Below, in pieces: positions 42,675-56,459 of a stretch of DNA of 64,000 bases (its first letter is position 1; every line of letters starts with the position of its first letter). A model generated the notes under the pieces. It did no database searches and was not told the origin of the DNA. It saw nothing but the letters and a program-made list of their open reading frames with translations. The position numbers and the translations under genes were made by a program. The DNA comes from Tubulanus polymorphus (lineage: Eukaryota > Animalia > Nemertea). The stretch lies in the NCBI RefSeq assembly GCF_964204645.1, contig NC_134028.1:12943263-13007262 (forward strand), read 5' to 3'.

Positions 42675-42896
42675 GAAATAAACCATTCTTATTACAGTAT
42701 GAATTTGTTATCCGATCACAGAGAATGGATTTCTCGCCATGTAATGCCTTGAACCAGTTAGCCATAAAACAACAAGTCAAAATCTAGAACAATTAAATAT
42801 TTTCTACCAGGTGATCATTGAAGTGTTATCCCAGTTTGCCACACCATGTTTCTAAACACAGTAAATATTGCTGAACGTCAAGTAAGAACGGCATTG
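42675..42896 (+). pseudogene. Sola transposase middle fragment
   Basis: Manual translation EINHSYYSMNLLSDHREWISRHV ... VIPVCHTMFLNTVNIAERQVRTAL. Confidence 0.7.
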
Positions 42897-45800
42897 CAGG
42901 CCCGTACAGAGGATTTTGATTGGGGGATTCTTTTTTGAAAATAAGGGGACTTTAAAAAATTTTTAACAGCATTATCCAAACGAGCGCACAGCGCCGTCCG
43001 AGTTGCGAAGCAACGAGCGGGGGGAGCGAGAAATTGCACCCGAGAAATTTTTTGGAAAATATGCTTTTTCCGAGCCATTCTGAAGTGTCCTGACAGTGAT
43101 ATGTAGCCAGTGTTCCAGTGGACAGGTTAGTACAACACATCTCTGATAGCAACCCCCTAGATGTACTATGTATGTTTTAATTTATGAAATTGCTGTCATT
43201 AGGGGTTATTTAATGGTGATGCTTAGATGTTTGTCTATGTATCTCCTTTTAGATTGTCCCTAATGACAGCAGATTTATAATGAACATTATAAAAACACTT
43301 TTGAGTAATTGCATAGAATTATATTGATCTAATTTCTTTAAAATATAATATTTTGATATTCTACAAAACTTTGCTGTTAACACCAAATTTATCATTCATC
43401 ATTAGTTTCTCATCAAACAGGCTATATGTATCAATTAAATTTTCCTTGAAGCTTCATTAAAAAATCTTAAAAATCAACAGAGATTAATATCTATTTACAA
43501 AACATACACATACCAAACTATGAGAGCACAATCTAAACCTATAGTTCCATTCATGACATTAAACAAATTTAATAAAATCAACCATCTAATCAATAATTTC
43601 TATTTACAAAATATACATAACACACCAACCTATCAGCACAATCTTAACTAAAATATTCATGATATTAACACTTCTCAAAAATATTCCAGTGCACAAACTA
43701 AGATATAAATTAATTCTAGACTCAAGAGACAGAATATTAAACTTAGACAATAAAAGTTTCCAGGAATAATTTCTAATCAGACAGAAAATGTCTAAACTGG
43801 ACAAACGTCCAAGTAAAGATATTGAATAATGATTATCAAATGGTTTAGGCATACGGAACGACTGCATTCTTGTACACCACAATGAGATCACATATTTTTC
43901 GGAAAATAGGAAATATTTGGTAGATACATATTGTGTTTAAATGATAGAATGTTTTCAGAGCTACATATTGCAATATATTGCACAGCTTGTTGCAAACTAG
44001 AGACACAGCATATTGATCCATATTGCAAACCAGGGACATCATATTGCAAACCAGGGGCAGCATATTGCAAATCAGGGAGAACATAACACAGTAATCACAG
44101 GTGTTTTACATTTGGCTGTACAGTTATAATCACCAGTGTGACCTATATCAGAAGTAGGAAAAGTTGAACTTAAGAGATCACATACTTAAAACATTTGATT
44201 ATACAGATCACAACCTTTCAGAAATAGAATAACTCCTAGTCCTATCACATGATTTTTACACCGGGTTTATATATATGTGTGTGTAGATGATTGTCACTAT
44301 GAGTCTAGGTCAAAGATTTTATCAATCATAAAACAAGTTTTCAAGTTGAACTCTCCTTGGATGCAAGTCAGCAAACTTTTTCACTACATCATCTAAATCA
44401 ATATCTTTATCATAATGAATATGGATCAAAGCTAGATTCGACAGACGTTGCTGGCCCATACTGGCACGCATGTAGTTGTTTAGACGCCTGATGACACTGG
44501 CACTTCGCTCACATTCATTACTAGTGACCGGTAAAGTGAGGATAATACGAAGCAGAAAATGGATATTTGGATATATCAACCTATTACACAGCTTTATTGC
44601 CTTAGCACAACTATCCGGACGATCAGCAGGAGCACAGTTTTTAAACTTCAGACGCCATGATATCATTTCCTGTTCAACTAACTCATGGCAAATCATCCCT
44701 GTACATATCAACGCACTCCACAATATCAGAAAACTCCAGATTTTGCTCAATCATAACAGAGGGTACCAAGGCAAGCAATTTCACACATTTTTCTGAGATA
44801 CCCGAGAACTGAACTTCTAAATCACTAATTATATGGTCCAGGAATGGTACCGCAAGATTCTTTCTGTAATAGTCCTGTGCAGTTTCAGCAGGAATATTTT
44901 CGCGATGACGTTGTCTGCCATTTATACGTGGCCTCTGGGGTTCAACGCCTACTTTTGCTGCCATTGTGACACTGTGGTTGTATATTTTCGCAAATTGTTC
45001 ATCAATTTCATCCCGGATCGACTGGTAAGTAGATTTCACTTCATTGACGAGAGAGTAGGCCTGAATTATATCATTGCCCTTACTCTGTAGCATGATGGTG
45101 ATTCCATGAAGGTGAGACAATGTTTGATAGACGGTGAAAAATGCAATTATGAACTCATGACTGGTAATTGCACGAAGTAATGAAGCAGCCTTGTTAGAGT
45201 TCTCATTGTCCCAATCGTGAGTAAGGTCATCTCGGTACCCTTTGATATCGTCAATATTTCGTTCACTCTCAATTATCTCCAGACATTTCACGATGTACAC
45301 ATATGCCTGGTAGAAATGCTGATATGACGTATGCCGCACAGACCATCGAGTCTAGCACATATCAATGAGCGGTTTTCGACCTTTGCTTTCTGGCACCTCT
45401 ACTGATATGATGTTGGTCACTAGCTGACAACTATGTGCTATCACAAGGTTTAGGCAATGTGAAGAGCAATGTGTATACAACACAAGTGGGGACAGTTCCT
45501 TTATTCTGGCCTGCACACCAACTCGACTACTTGACATATTTGAAGCTCCATCATATGCCTGACCTCGCGCATTGGTAATATCCAAACCATAGCTGTCGAT
45601 TTTGGAGACGATCGCACTGGATACATGCAGGCCAGTAGTGCGGTCTAACGGAACAAAGTCGAGAAATTCTTCGCGAATATCGGAAGACTTGTCAACAAAG
45701 CGCAATGATAGAGGCATCTGTTCTTTGTAGTGGGACTCCACCTCATCAGCTATTATGGTAAAGAACTGTGCCTCCTTTATCTCTTCGATGATCGACTTTT

Positions 45801-47953
45801 GTATGATATGGTGCCCTATAACTTCGATCATCTCATTCTGACTCCGCGGTGATATATAGGTTGAATTTTTGGCTACCGGTTTGGTCAGGTGTTTTGCCAA
45901 GAGTTCGCTGTCTTTACTTTTCAGCTGGAGGAGCGCCAAGAAGTTTCCTGGATTGCCTGGACCATCAAGATCTTTCTCCTGACTACCACGTAGTGCGGTA
46001 CACTGACGACCACAGAGGAGAACGGCTTCAGTAATATGTTTTAAGATGCACCTGTTCTCGACAGTCCTTTCTACAACACTATTATACCCTAGCTTCCATA
46101 CTTCGATCTGAATGTTCTATTGTTTCAATTAATGCCTCTACCTTGCCGACACAATCATGGTGGAATTCTTTATCGAGGTGCCCAACTTTAAATTTGGAGC
46201 CTCTCATGGTTTCGGATATCTTAACCCATTTCGTGAATGGACGATTAACCAAAACTCCTTTAGATTTTCTATCAGTTGCAAATATAGCGCACACTACACA
46301 TAACCCAGCATCCAGTTTACTACTGTAAACAAACCATGGATATTTGTCTAGCCATTTCAATTGAAATGACCGATAACAACCGGAATCGTAGATTTCAGGA
46401 AAGATGAAATTATTCCCTGGCCGGAAATGATGTTTCAGGAGGTGGTATTTCTGTCCATCGCTTAAGTTATCTATGGCAGTTTGAATTTCAGCTGGAGACA
46501 TAACAGCAGTTATCAAATATCCACTGTCATCTGAAAAGATGAAATGATAGAATTTTGGTAAGTATTGGGCTTAACCAAATGACATCACATGACCACAATG
46601 TGTTTGAGTTTAAGTTTTCAAATGTATAACTACCAGTTAAGTAGTCATTGGCATACATGATTTGCAGAATAAACAAAACCCTAAAACCTCTATAAGTATG
46701 AAACAGTGTGAATAAAAATCTAAAGAAAATACAACTTAATATTTTTATTTTTATAAAATCGTACTAATGAAACACCTACCATAAATATTGTTGTTGTTGT
46801 TGTTTTCGACATTACGGACTTGACGAGTGGCTGAGGCAGCTGGTGGTCGATTTGGCGAATTTGTTCTAGCCACAGTTACTTGTTGTCTGTTTTGTGGAAA
46901 TGCATTTGGTGTGCTATTCAGTGATGACCTGTTTGGTTGTGTTGTTACTGTCACAGTAACTTGTCTCTTTGGTGGCATTGTAGTTGCTGTAGCTGTGCTA
47001 TTCTGTGGTGATTTATTGGATTCTGATGTTGTGCTGGGTTTCGATTTCGGTTTACTAAAAACAGAAAGAGTGAATATATAAGTACCGGGTACTGCATTTG
47101 AGATCACTATTACTACTGTTGGTATATAAATTTAGATATAAATTTTGGCAGGACCCTTAGCTTTAAAAATTTTATATCGGGACTGACGCTGGTCACGTCG
47201 GAATGGAAAATGACTTCCGCTGATGACGGCGGGAATGAAAAATGACCACCCTTCAGAAAATTTCGGCATGACCCGTAGCTTTGAAAAATTGAATATCAAA
47301 TGCAGAGTGTTATTACTGCTGTAATTTGCAGGAAATTAACATTGGGACTGCCGCTGGTCATGTCCGAGCAGCAAAAACATTTTTTTCTGTGCAGACTCTA
47401 CCACCAGAAAGAATGATATGAAGTTAGAAATTATTATTATTTTATTTGACTTAATATGAAAACAACCTTGTACTTCTGCTCTGTGTTCTAGAATTAATGA
47501 TGACAATAAAACAAAAAAATTATAAAAAAATCGGCGTTTTACACACGGACTACTTTATTGAAAAACACAAATTTTCTGTAACAAAACATGTATACTTACA
47601 TAAAGAATCCATCCAGTTTTTTAGAACCTTTGGCTGCTGTTTCTTTCTCTGCCTCTCTTTTCCTTTTGAGACGTTTTTCGTCCGGCATTTTGCCGTATAA
47701 TGCTTGTAAAATGGCATGAAAATCATGCAACTTCTTCTTGAAAATATTTCTAAGTTTTGTTTGATGCTACCGGAAGTATCACATGCCAGGGTCAGAATCC
47801 ATCCAATTCAGGGTTCGAATCCCACATATAGGACCAATTCAATTCAATTTTAGAATTTTATTGCAAAATTTTTTTTTGGTGGAAATTGAAGGGCACTTTT
47901 GGAAAAAAGGGGGGTTCGTCCGAACCCCTCGAACCCCCCTGCGTACGGGCCTG
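42897..47953 (-). mobile_element. hAT DNA transposon with 11-bp TIR CAGGCCCGTAC and 5-bp TSD CATTG
   Basis: TIRs at 42897-42907 and 47943-47953; CATTG at 42892-42896 and 47954-47958; internal hAT transposase. Confidence 0.9.
44322..47688 (-). pseudogene. hAT transposase (Tip100/ZMYM1-like), three exons, disrupted
   Basis: TTF-type Zn finger (WLDKYPWFVYS..CVVC), YISPRSQNE, IIADE, RGQAYDGASNM, HCSSHCLNL and VTSNECERS dimerization motifs. GT-AG introns 47055-47599 and 46531-46779 join in frame. Confidence 0.88.
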
Positions 47954-47958
47954 CATTG

Positions 47959-49189
47959 GAAAAAAACGGTGAAAGCTGGATGTTTTGAAAGGCGTGTGGT
48001 CGGCCGGAATTTCAGAAAACGAGAGATGAAAGGATCAAGGAACTTGTCATCGCTCACGTAAACAAATTCCCCCGCACAGAGTCCCACTACTGCAGATCAT
48101 CGACCACTAAACAGTATCTCTCGGAGGAACTTATCTATGATGCACAAAATATATCAAGACGACCACTCCGACAATGAGAGCGTATCATTCTCGTACTACT
48201 ATCGTACATTTTCTAAGATGAATTTAGCTTTCACTAAACCTAAGAAAGACTTATGTGGTATTTATGAGGGGTTTTGCAACGCAACTGGAGAAGAGAAAGA
48301 CAGCTTACGCAGTCAATACGAAAAACATATCTCGGAAAAACAGAAAGTTAGGCATATAAAACAGTTTTACAAAGATGAGAATGACGACAAGAGACTGGTT
48401 GCTTCCTTTGATCTTCCGCAGGTCATCTTTCTTCCGAAATCGAATCGCTGTGAAGTATTTTACAAAAGGAGACTATCCTGCTACAATTTTTCGATCTTCA
48501 ATATCAAGACGAAAGAGGGCCATTGCTATTTGTGGAACGAAACTATTGCCGGAAGAGGTTCCAATGAGATATCCTCGCATCTTGCGGCATATCTCTTAGA
48601 AGCAGACAAACAAGGGTTTGAACATGCTTCATTGTTTTGTGATGGATGTGCTGGTCAAAACAAAAAATCAATCGTATGTGGAATGATGCTATATGTATTA
48701 GGAAAATACGCGAACCTCCGAGACATCACTATTTTCTATTTCGAAACTAACCATGGGCAGTCTGAAGGGGATTCAGTCCATGCGTGATTGAGCGAGCTCT
48801 AAAAATAACTGGATACATTTTCGTTCCAGCTTAGGTTTCGATACTGGTGAAAATGGCATGTTCTCGTCTGTACAAAGTCACAGATGTCTGTACTGAAGAC
48901 ATTTTCGATTTCAAAGCACTGTCACAGTCATTCGGTATTCTACGTTCGCGATTCTCAGAAGTGGGTGTGGCAATTAAATGGCCCGATATTATGCCACTTC
49001 GCGTGTCTAAAGGAAATCATAATTCAAATCGACTTTAAATTAGCGCATAACGAGGTTGGTTTCCAGACCCTCAACTTGCCTCTTCGAAGAAACATCATAT
49101 CTCTTCACAAAGCATACACAAATAGCCAGGAAATGAATGCCGCAAAATATAACGACGTGATAAGTTTAACTAAAACTACGTTAATTTAA
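47959..49189 (+). pseudogene. Sola transposase catalytic part (disrupted)
   Basis: HVNKFPRTESHYCR, KPKKDLC, SFDLPQV, FYKRRLSCYNF, GRGSNEISS, DGCAGQNK and HGQSEGDSVH motifs. Confidence 0.8.
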
Positions 49190-50077
49190 TAGATGGAATT
49201 AAGAATTTAGATTTTTAAATTTCATTTTAAATTTTCATCTGTTTTTTCAAGGGTTTAATCTGAAAGTTTGTTCATTTTAATGGAAATTAAAGTTTATTTG
49301 CGTTACATTAGTTTTGTAGTCTTGATTGGTGCGCATCCAGTTTCTGATGTTCGTTGAACTCGGAGGTTAAACAGACCTTTCTACAAAGCGGCCTTACTGG
49401 AAGATTTCTTTTATTTACCTTGGATTTTCACATTTTACATTCAGGAGAATTACCATATATTAAGGAACATGCTTCATATGTGACATCGCAAACTGGCGAA
49501 TATGCGACAAATGTTGTACGAATAACTGTATTCTTATTTAGCATAGTGGCGAATATGCGGCGAATATCTTTTTTTGAAGTTAGCAATGGTGGCGAATGGT
49601 TCGCACTATGGTATTGCAAATATCCCTAAAATTTCACCCTTTCTTTTCTCATTACATTCAAAAAACGTATTCGCCAGTTCGCCAACAAAGCAACGAATCC
49701 GTATCTGGTTAAACCTTACAAGTGCTTATTCCGTGTAAATAAATTGGTCCCGTCTTTCAGTAACATTATTCCCTGTAAAATTATGTGTCTAATTCGTACT
49801 CCATAATCCGTCTTTCACTTATTCCGTAGACTAACGGTGTTTGAACTTCGCCGAATCCCCCAATGACCGAACGAATTCGATCAAGACTTAGACGTAGCCA
49901 AAATGATGCAAAATATATATTTGCTTTTGAGACAACGACGATCCGACTTTTAAAACTACATTGATCCCCGATATACCGCCCTCCCATATACCGCCGCCTA
50001 CCGCCAGGTTTTCTCAATGTCCATCTCTATACAAATACATAGTAAAACCCCCCCGGGTTGACGACTGTATATACGAC

Positions 50078-50199
50078 AGTAATATGGTTTTAGTTGTTCT
50101 ATACCAAAGGTCGAAGGGTCTAAAAATAAATTCTCGCACACTCGAATTTATTTTTCGACCCTTCAACCTTTGTTATAGAACAACTAAAACACTATTACT
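50078..50199. repeat. 122-bp terminal fold-back of P2
   Basis: AGTAATATGGTTTTAGTTGTTCTATA... pairs with ...TATAGAACAACTAAAACACTATTACT; same central loop as P1. Confidence 0.92.
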
Positions 50200-50553
50200 T
50201 CTATAATTTCATATATATGAACATTATTTAAATGAATTTCATATATTTTAAAATAAATTTCATGTTTTAAAAGTGAGAGTAAAATGAAAGCATAATAATC
50301 TAGAAAAATTAGATCAAATATAGATTTCGAATAATAAAAAATCAATTTTTAACATAAAAAGTAACGAGTAATTAAAGAGTGAAATAATTCATATTTAAAT
50401 CATTGAATATTTGTATTTATATGCGATAAATTCTTATTTTCAATATAAAAAGTAATGAGTAATTAACGAGTGAAATTATTCATATTTAAGACAGTGAAAA
50501 TTTATATTTGAATAACTTCTAAAATCAATTTTAATAAAAAATTTGATATTAAA

Positions 50554-51100
50554 ATGGAGAGTAAACAATCACAAACTATAAATATTACGTTGTTATATTA
50601 TGTTAATATATATCAGTAGATAATCGGAGAACATAAAAGGATAATCGAGAACATATTAACAATTATCAAAAGGAAAGATATCAAACAGATTTTAATTACA
50701 AAATGAAAAAATGTTTGAGATCTAAAGTATCAAAATTATTCAGTAAAGAAAACCATTCAGTTACACTAGCACATTTATTGGATTGTTGAGATAATTTTTT
50801 TAAATCATGGATAATATTTCAATTCGATGATAAAATGAATGTAAATAATTATGGCAATTATTTTCATATTGATCATGTGTTGCCTATTACTAAGTTCAAC
50901 ATGAATGATGAATACAATATAAGTTAATTTGGAATTGGAAGAATCTAAGACCTCTTGAAAAGAAAGAAAATATGATTAAACATGACAAACTAGATTTACA
51001 GTTATATTTGGATCAATTAGATAAAGCAAAGAAATTCATTGAATTATGGAATAGTGATCCAAATAATGAACAATACGTTGAATCTTTATTAAGCGGTTAA
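50554..51100 (+). pseudogene. P2 HNH endonuclease pseudogene
   Basis: Nucleotide similarity to 7471-8145 (CATATTGATCATGTGTTGCC), with stops. Confidence 0.8.
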
Positions 51101-51355
51101 AGAATAATATATCTCAGATAAAATATAATAAGAATTACATACCTTCAACTAGCCATTATTTCTATTACATTTTTTTCAAAAATCTATTATTTCTTTTCAA
51201 AAAGGGAATACTTTATATCACAAATAAAAAATACTAAAAAAACAATAACTAATACTACAATTCTTTAACTTAACTAAGCTAGTATTAACCTAAAGAGTTA
51301 TTAGTATCATTTAAAGAATACTTATAATATTTTTTTCGCTTTTTCTCTAATATAA

Positions 51356-52237
51356 ATGTCAAAGAAATCGAGTAAAAATAAAACCGATATTAAGACAATT
51401 GAGGATTTAGGTATTACAGATAATAAAGATACAGTTGTTTCTAATTGTATTCAAAATGATAATATTGATTATGAATACTATTTAACATGTAAGCATCATC
51501 TTGAACTATTGATTGCTGGTGGAAAATCTAAGGATTTCTTGGGGAAAATTATAAGATGCCATGAAACCAGATAAAGTAATCAAACATTTCAAAATATATG
51601 AAGAAGCTAGATTAGCTAGAATAAATGACTCTATTAGTGATGGAATAGTAAAATGTTACTCTAAGTTATGTAACCGAGTAATACCAATTGATGATGAAAA
51701 TAAATTATATACTGATTTAAATAATGATAACTTAGTTATGACAGAACTACAGAAATGGGTCGGGTACGCTTCATTTCACTGTAGTTATGACATTTTCTAA
51801 GATTAAACCTATAGAATACAAAGATAAAAGTAAATCAGGAGATATTGAATCAGAATAAAAATTAACTAAAATAAATGAGTGATGATTTTAAGAAGAAGCC
51901 TAGATCCGAAAAAACAAATTAAATGGGCTAGGGAGTTGGGTAAAAGATCTTCTGAGTTAAAAAAGCTAAGAAAAAGAAATTAACTGATATAAATGAACCA
52001 CAGAAATTATCTGATATTGATTCGAATGATAATCCATCTAATTCTTCTAATACTGGAAGTTATAATAGATTATATATTACAATTGGATTAGTAACAGTTA
52101 TTATATTCTCCGGCGTAATATATAAATATAAGTATAAATCTAATAATAATGATTCCCATGATAAACCTATTATACCAGAAAATAAGTCAAATGATAAAAC
52201 CATTGAAAATAAAACAAGATTATTATTAATGGATTAA
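51356..52237 (+). pseudogene. P2 homologs of ORF 8448-9050 and ORF 9043-9426 (disrupted)
   Basis: ORF fragments 51356-51574 and 51561-51800 align to the P1 protein. Confidence 0.85.
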
Positions 52238-52243
52238 AAGAAG

Positions 52244-53332
52244 ATGAAAAAAGAACAATATTTAAGAGATTTATATTATAACCCAGAGAGTGAAGTATCA
52301 TATTCTAGTGTTACACAATTATGGGATAAAATTAAATCTGATTAAGAAAATATAAAATATAGTGAATTAAGATTATGATTACAAAATCAACATATCAAAT
52401 CCATAAGAAAATGGATAAGAATTATTTAACAAGAAAAGTAATGGTTTCATATATTGATCAACAATGGCAAGCAGATTTGATTGAAATGAAGAACTTAGAG
52501 GAATACAACAAAGGATATTTCTGGATATTAAATGTTATAGATATATTCAGTAGATACGCATGGTCAATTCCAATCAAAAATAAAACTGGTATAGAAGTTA
52601 CTAATGCTTTTAAAAATATATTTAAAGAAATTATTCTAGGTAAGATACAATTCGATGAAGGTAAGGAATTTTATAATAAACATTTTGAAAAATTATTATC
52701 TGATAACGATGTAGAATATTTTTCAACACATTCAGATAAAAAAGCATCTATCATAGAAAGGTTTAATAAAACATTGAAATCTAGAATGTGGGAATATTTT
52801 ACCGCCAATGAAATATTTTACCGCCAAATATATCGATGTGTTAAATGATTTAGTGAAAGGTTCTAATAATTCTAAACATTCAAGTATTGGTATGAAACCT
52901 ATACAAGCTAGAAAAGAAGATAATTCAGAAATAGTTTGGAATGATTTATATGGAGCGTTTGTTACACATGATTTTGGAGAACATAAATTTAAGATAGGAC
53001 AACATGTAAGAATATCTAAATAACGAAAAACATTTTACAAAGGTTATACTCCAAATTTTACTGAAGAAATATGTAAGATTAAAAAGATAATACTTACTAA
53101 ACCTCTTGTTTATAAATTAGTAGATTTCAAAGATGAAGAAATATTAGGTTATTTCTATGAACAAGAATTATCACTTGTACCAAATCCAGATGATATAGAA
53201 TACAAAACAGAAAAAGTATTAAAAACAAAAACTCTTAAAGGAAAAAAGTATTCTTTGGTGAAATATAAAGGGTATGATGATAAATTTAATGAATGGATTT
53301 TATCTAGTAAAATTAAAAGAATAAATGAATAA
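52244..53332 (+). pseudogene. int: P2 integrase pseudogene
   Basis: Fragments 52375-52848 and 52808-53023 are near-identical to the P1 integrase. Confidence 0.9.
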
Positions 53333-53935
53333 AGATTTATTTATATTTGAACCACATAATATGTTAGTTACTGGAGTAACCAACTGTGGTAAAACACACT
53401 TTATATTAGATTTATTAGAAACTATTTATAAGAATCATTTTGATAATATAATATTATTCTGTCCTACTTATGAAATGAATAAAACATATAATAGAGATAT
53501 AGTTAAGATGAAAAAGTTTATTATATTAAATCCTAAAACAGTAAAAGAAAATTTAGATAATTGTATAAAAATAGCAATTGATACTTATTAAGGATCAAAT
53601 ACATTATTCATTGTAGATGATTGCGCAAATTTACATGATTCAAAAGTTAGAGAAAGTGGTTATGTTATCTAGCTTTCTCTGGGAGACATGTTCGGATAAC
53701 AACATGGGTTTTAAATCAAAAATATAATTCAATTGTGAAAGATTTTAGGGAGAATATAAGATTTTTAGTTTTATTTTACAATAAAGATAGAAAATCAATG
53801 CAACAATCATTGGAAGAAAATCAAATTATACCTACTGACTTATATGATGAATATATGAATAAATTAAAAAGTAATAAAGGTTCAAAATTATTACTGAGAC
53901 TTCAATTTCCTTATGAATATAAATTTAGAAAATAA
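53325..53935 (+). pseudogene. P2 packaging ATPase pseudogene
   Basis: GVTNCGKT in 53325-53591; internal stop and frameshift. Confidence 0.9.
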
Positions 53936-54440
53936 CTATTTATATGTCTAAGTACTAGACGTATGAGTAAGAAACCAAGATTCTTGCTAAGAAAGTAAGA
54001 ATTCTTGGATTCTTACTCATACGTCTAGTATATAGATATATAAATTAGTTTTTATAAAAATTATAAATATAAATTATTAAATGAAATATATAATAATGAA
54101 TAAATTATATATTAAAACTATGTTTATAATTTATGTTTACACAGGGGTACAAATATATATATGTATTTTAAATTTATAATAATTACAAATGTAAATTATT
54201 AAATGAAATATATAAAAATGAATAAATTATATGTTTTCACTCAATAGAAATAAAAATAGATTATGTTATAACTATTTCTATACTTCAATTAGTAATTTAT
54301 ATTTTTAATTTTTATAAAAACTAATTTATATATGTATGTACTAGACATATGAGTAAGAAAGTAAAAATTCTTACTTTCTTTGATTCTTGGATTTTTACGT
54401 ACGTTTAGTACATAGATATATAAATTAGTTTTATAATAAT
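53933..54440. repeat. Two long hairpins in the P2 convergent intergenic region
   Basis: TACTAGACGTATGAGTAAGAA/TTCTTACTCATACGTCTAGTA (53953-54030) and a related stem at ~54310-54436. Confidence 0.85.
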
Positions 54441-54461
54441 TATTCTAATAAATTTATAAAA

Positions 54462-55158
54462 TCATCTTGGTTTATATCTATCTAATTCATAATAATACTT
54501 AGGTAGATTTATTACTTTTAGTTGAGCCATCAGATAATAATAATTAGTATGTATCTTACCTTCTTTTCTTAATTTTTCAAAGTATTCATCAAAATAGAAA
54601 TCAAAATGATATCCAAAATTTTTTGTTAGATAACTTAAATCTATTTTTCTCGAATATAATAATTTATATATTTGTTTAGGATTATCTTCTGCATAAGCTA
54701 ATAATTCATCAAATAACAACTTATAGAATATATAATATTGTTTAGTTTTAGGATCAAAATATTTGATATATTTCTTTGGGTTATTTAACAATGGTATCAT
54801 ACTTTCATTTTTATAAACATTAATAAGATGTAATTTTGATTTATAATAACTATTTTCATCAACAGGTTCAATTTTCTTATTACAATATTGACACGTTTTA
54901 TTTCTTTTTATTTCTTCTAATTTCTTTTCATGTTCTTCTAACTCCCTTTCATTTTCTATGCTTAGAAAAATTACTTTTAGAAATATCTTAATTACAAACA
55001 TTACAATGTTTTTTAGAATCATCAATTGTTTCATTATCATTAGTTCCAATTGTATCAACATTATCCGTTATATTATCTATGGTATCATTAGTTTCAATTG
55101 TATTAACATTGATTTCTTTATCAGCTTTGATTCTTTCATATAACTTACCTTCATCCAT
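54462..55158 (-). pseudogene. P2 accessory zinc-finger-like gene in the slot of P1 ORF 11301-12257
   Basis: ATG at 55158 (MDEGKLY..) in the same promoter context; CQYC...KSKLHLINV; frameshifted. Confidence 0.6.
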
Positions 55159-55190
55159 TTATTATAGAATTTTTTATTAAAACTGAAATT

Positions 55191-56443
55191 TTAATATATA
55201 ACACTATTGAATTGAGAATTTATGATATTTAATTGCGCGTCAGATATAATATAAATGTGCATTTTGAAATTTTTGATTCCTTTTTTCTTTTTCATGAATA
55301 ATTGTATTCCATCTTTTGTATTTTGTAATTTTTTACCAGAACCATGTAATGAATTATCCTCTGTTGTTCTAAAATCTAACCATAATGCGTATTTATTACC
55401 GGTATAATAATCAATTTGGTTAATATTACAATTTTCAGATGATTTTACTTTTTCATTCATAAAATGTTTTCTAATTTCTGGCCACTGATCAATCATTCTC
55501 ATTCCTTGGCAAAATATTCTATTTGCTATGCCTTCGATAGTTATTTCTACTTTTGTTATTTCCGGATTATAATAATTATCAACATTTATTGCGCCATTAG
55601 AATATGTTGCAATTGTAAAAAATATTAATATACCTTTAATAGATCTTCTTGGGAAATTGATATTCTCATTAATTATTTCATCACTTGCATTAATAGTTAC
55701 AGTTTTAAATTTATCAATATAATCATATAATAATGAAAATCCTTGATTGTATTGAGTTTGAATTATACTTGAAATATTTTCATCAGTTACTGTATCATAT
55801 TCAAAACATATATTCGATAATTTATATCCCATATCTTTAACTACACTTGATAGCACAGTTTCATAAACAGGAGCAAATGTTATTTCGAATATAATATCTT
55901 CTTGTATTGCATATTTATATAAAGGCGCATTATTATTTATCAATTCAAAATCTAATGGAATTTGATATTTGCTTCCATAAATCTTTTTTAATCAAATTAT
56001 CTGTAGCATTAGTTACTACTGCATTATTAGCTTCTGATCTTAATTTATTATGGTTTTCTGATTGGATGCCTTGAAATATCATATTATTTCTATGTTCTTT
56101 AGTTAACCATACATCTTTATAATGCATAAATAAATTATAATCATCTAATGAGAAAACTGTTTCTGGTCCAATCTTTATAGTTAATTTTTTAATCAAATAT
56201 CTTCCAACATTATCAACAACATAATTGTTATGATGACAAGTTACTTTTATATCAGCTGATAAATAAATTAATACTATTTGGAACATAAAAGGTATTTTGT
56301 ATTAATCTCGGGATTCTAACATATTAAGTTTCATCAGGATTAATATTAGAAGGATTATGAGTAATTATATGATGAGATCTCTCTGCTTTAATAGCATTAG
56401 ATATTCTAGAATTCTTAGAAGGACATATATAACTCCCACTCAT
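55191..56443 (-). pseudogene. P2 major capsid pseudogene
   Basis: Fragments 55191-55943 and 55945-56286 match P1 12290-13537. Confidence 0.85.
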
Positions 56444-56459
56444 TTATTTTACAAAAAAA

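Larger units (their letters stand above)
26200..49710 (+). mobile_element. Sola-type DNA transposon, interrupted by the Gypsy and hAT elements (outer boundaries approximate)
   Basis: The transposase reads across both insertions (..TEESRR|EINHSYY..; ..VCHTMFLNTVNIAERQVRTAL|EK..). GGCGAA motifs cluster near both ends. Confidence 0.75.

Noticed and set aside
49955-50077. Possible Tc1/pogo-like left end (TACATTGATCCCCGATATACCGCC) preceding P2
   Set aside because: No partner TIR or transposase in the window, so it cannot be supported.
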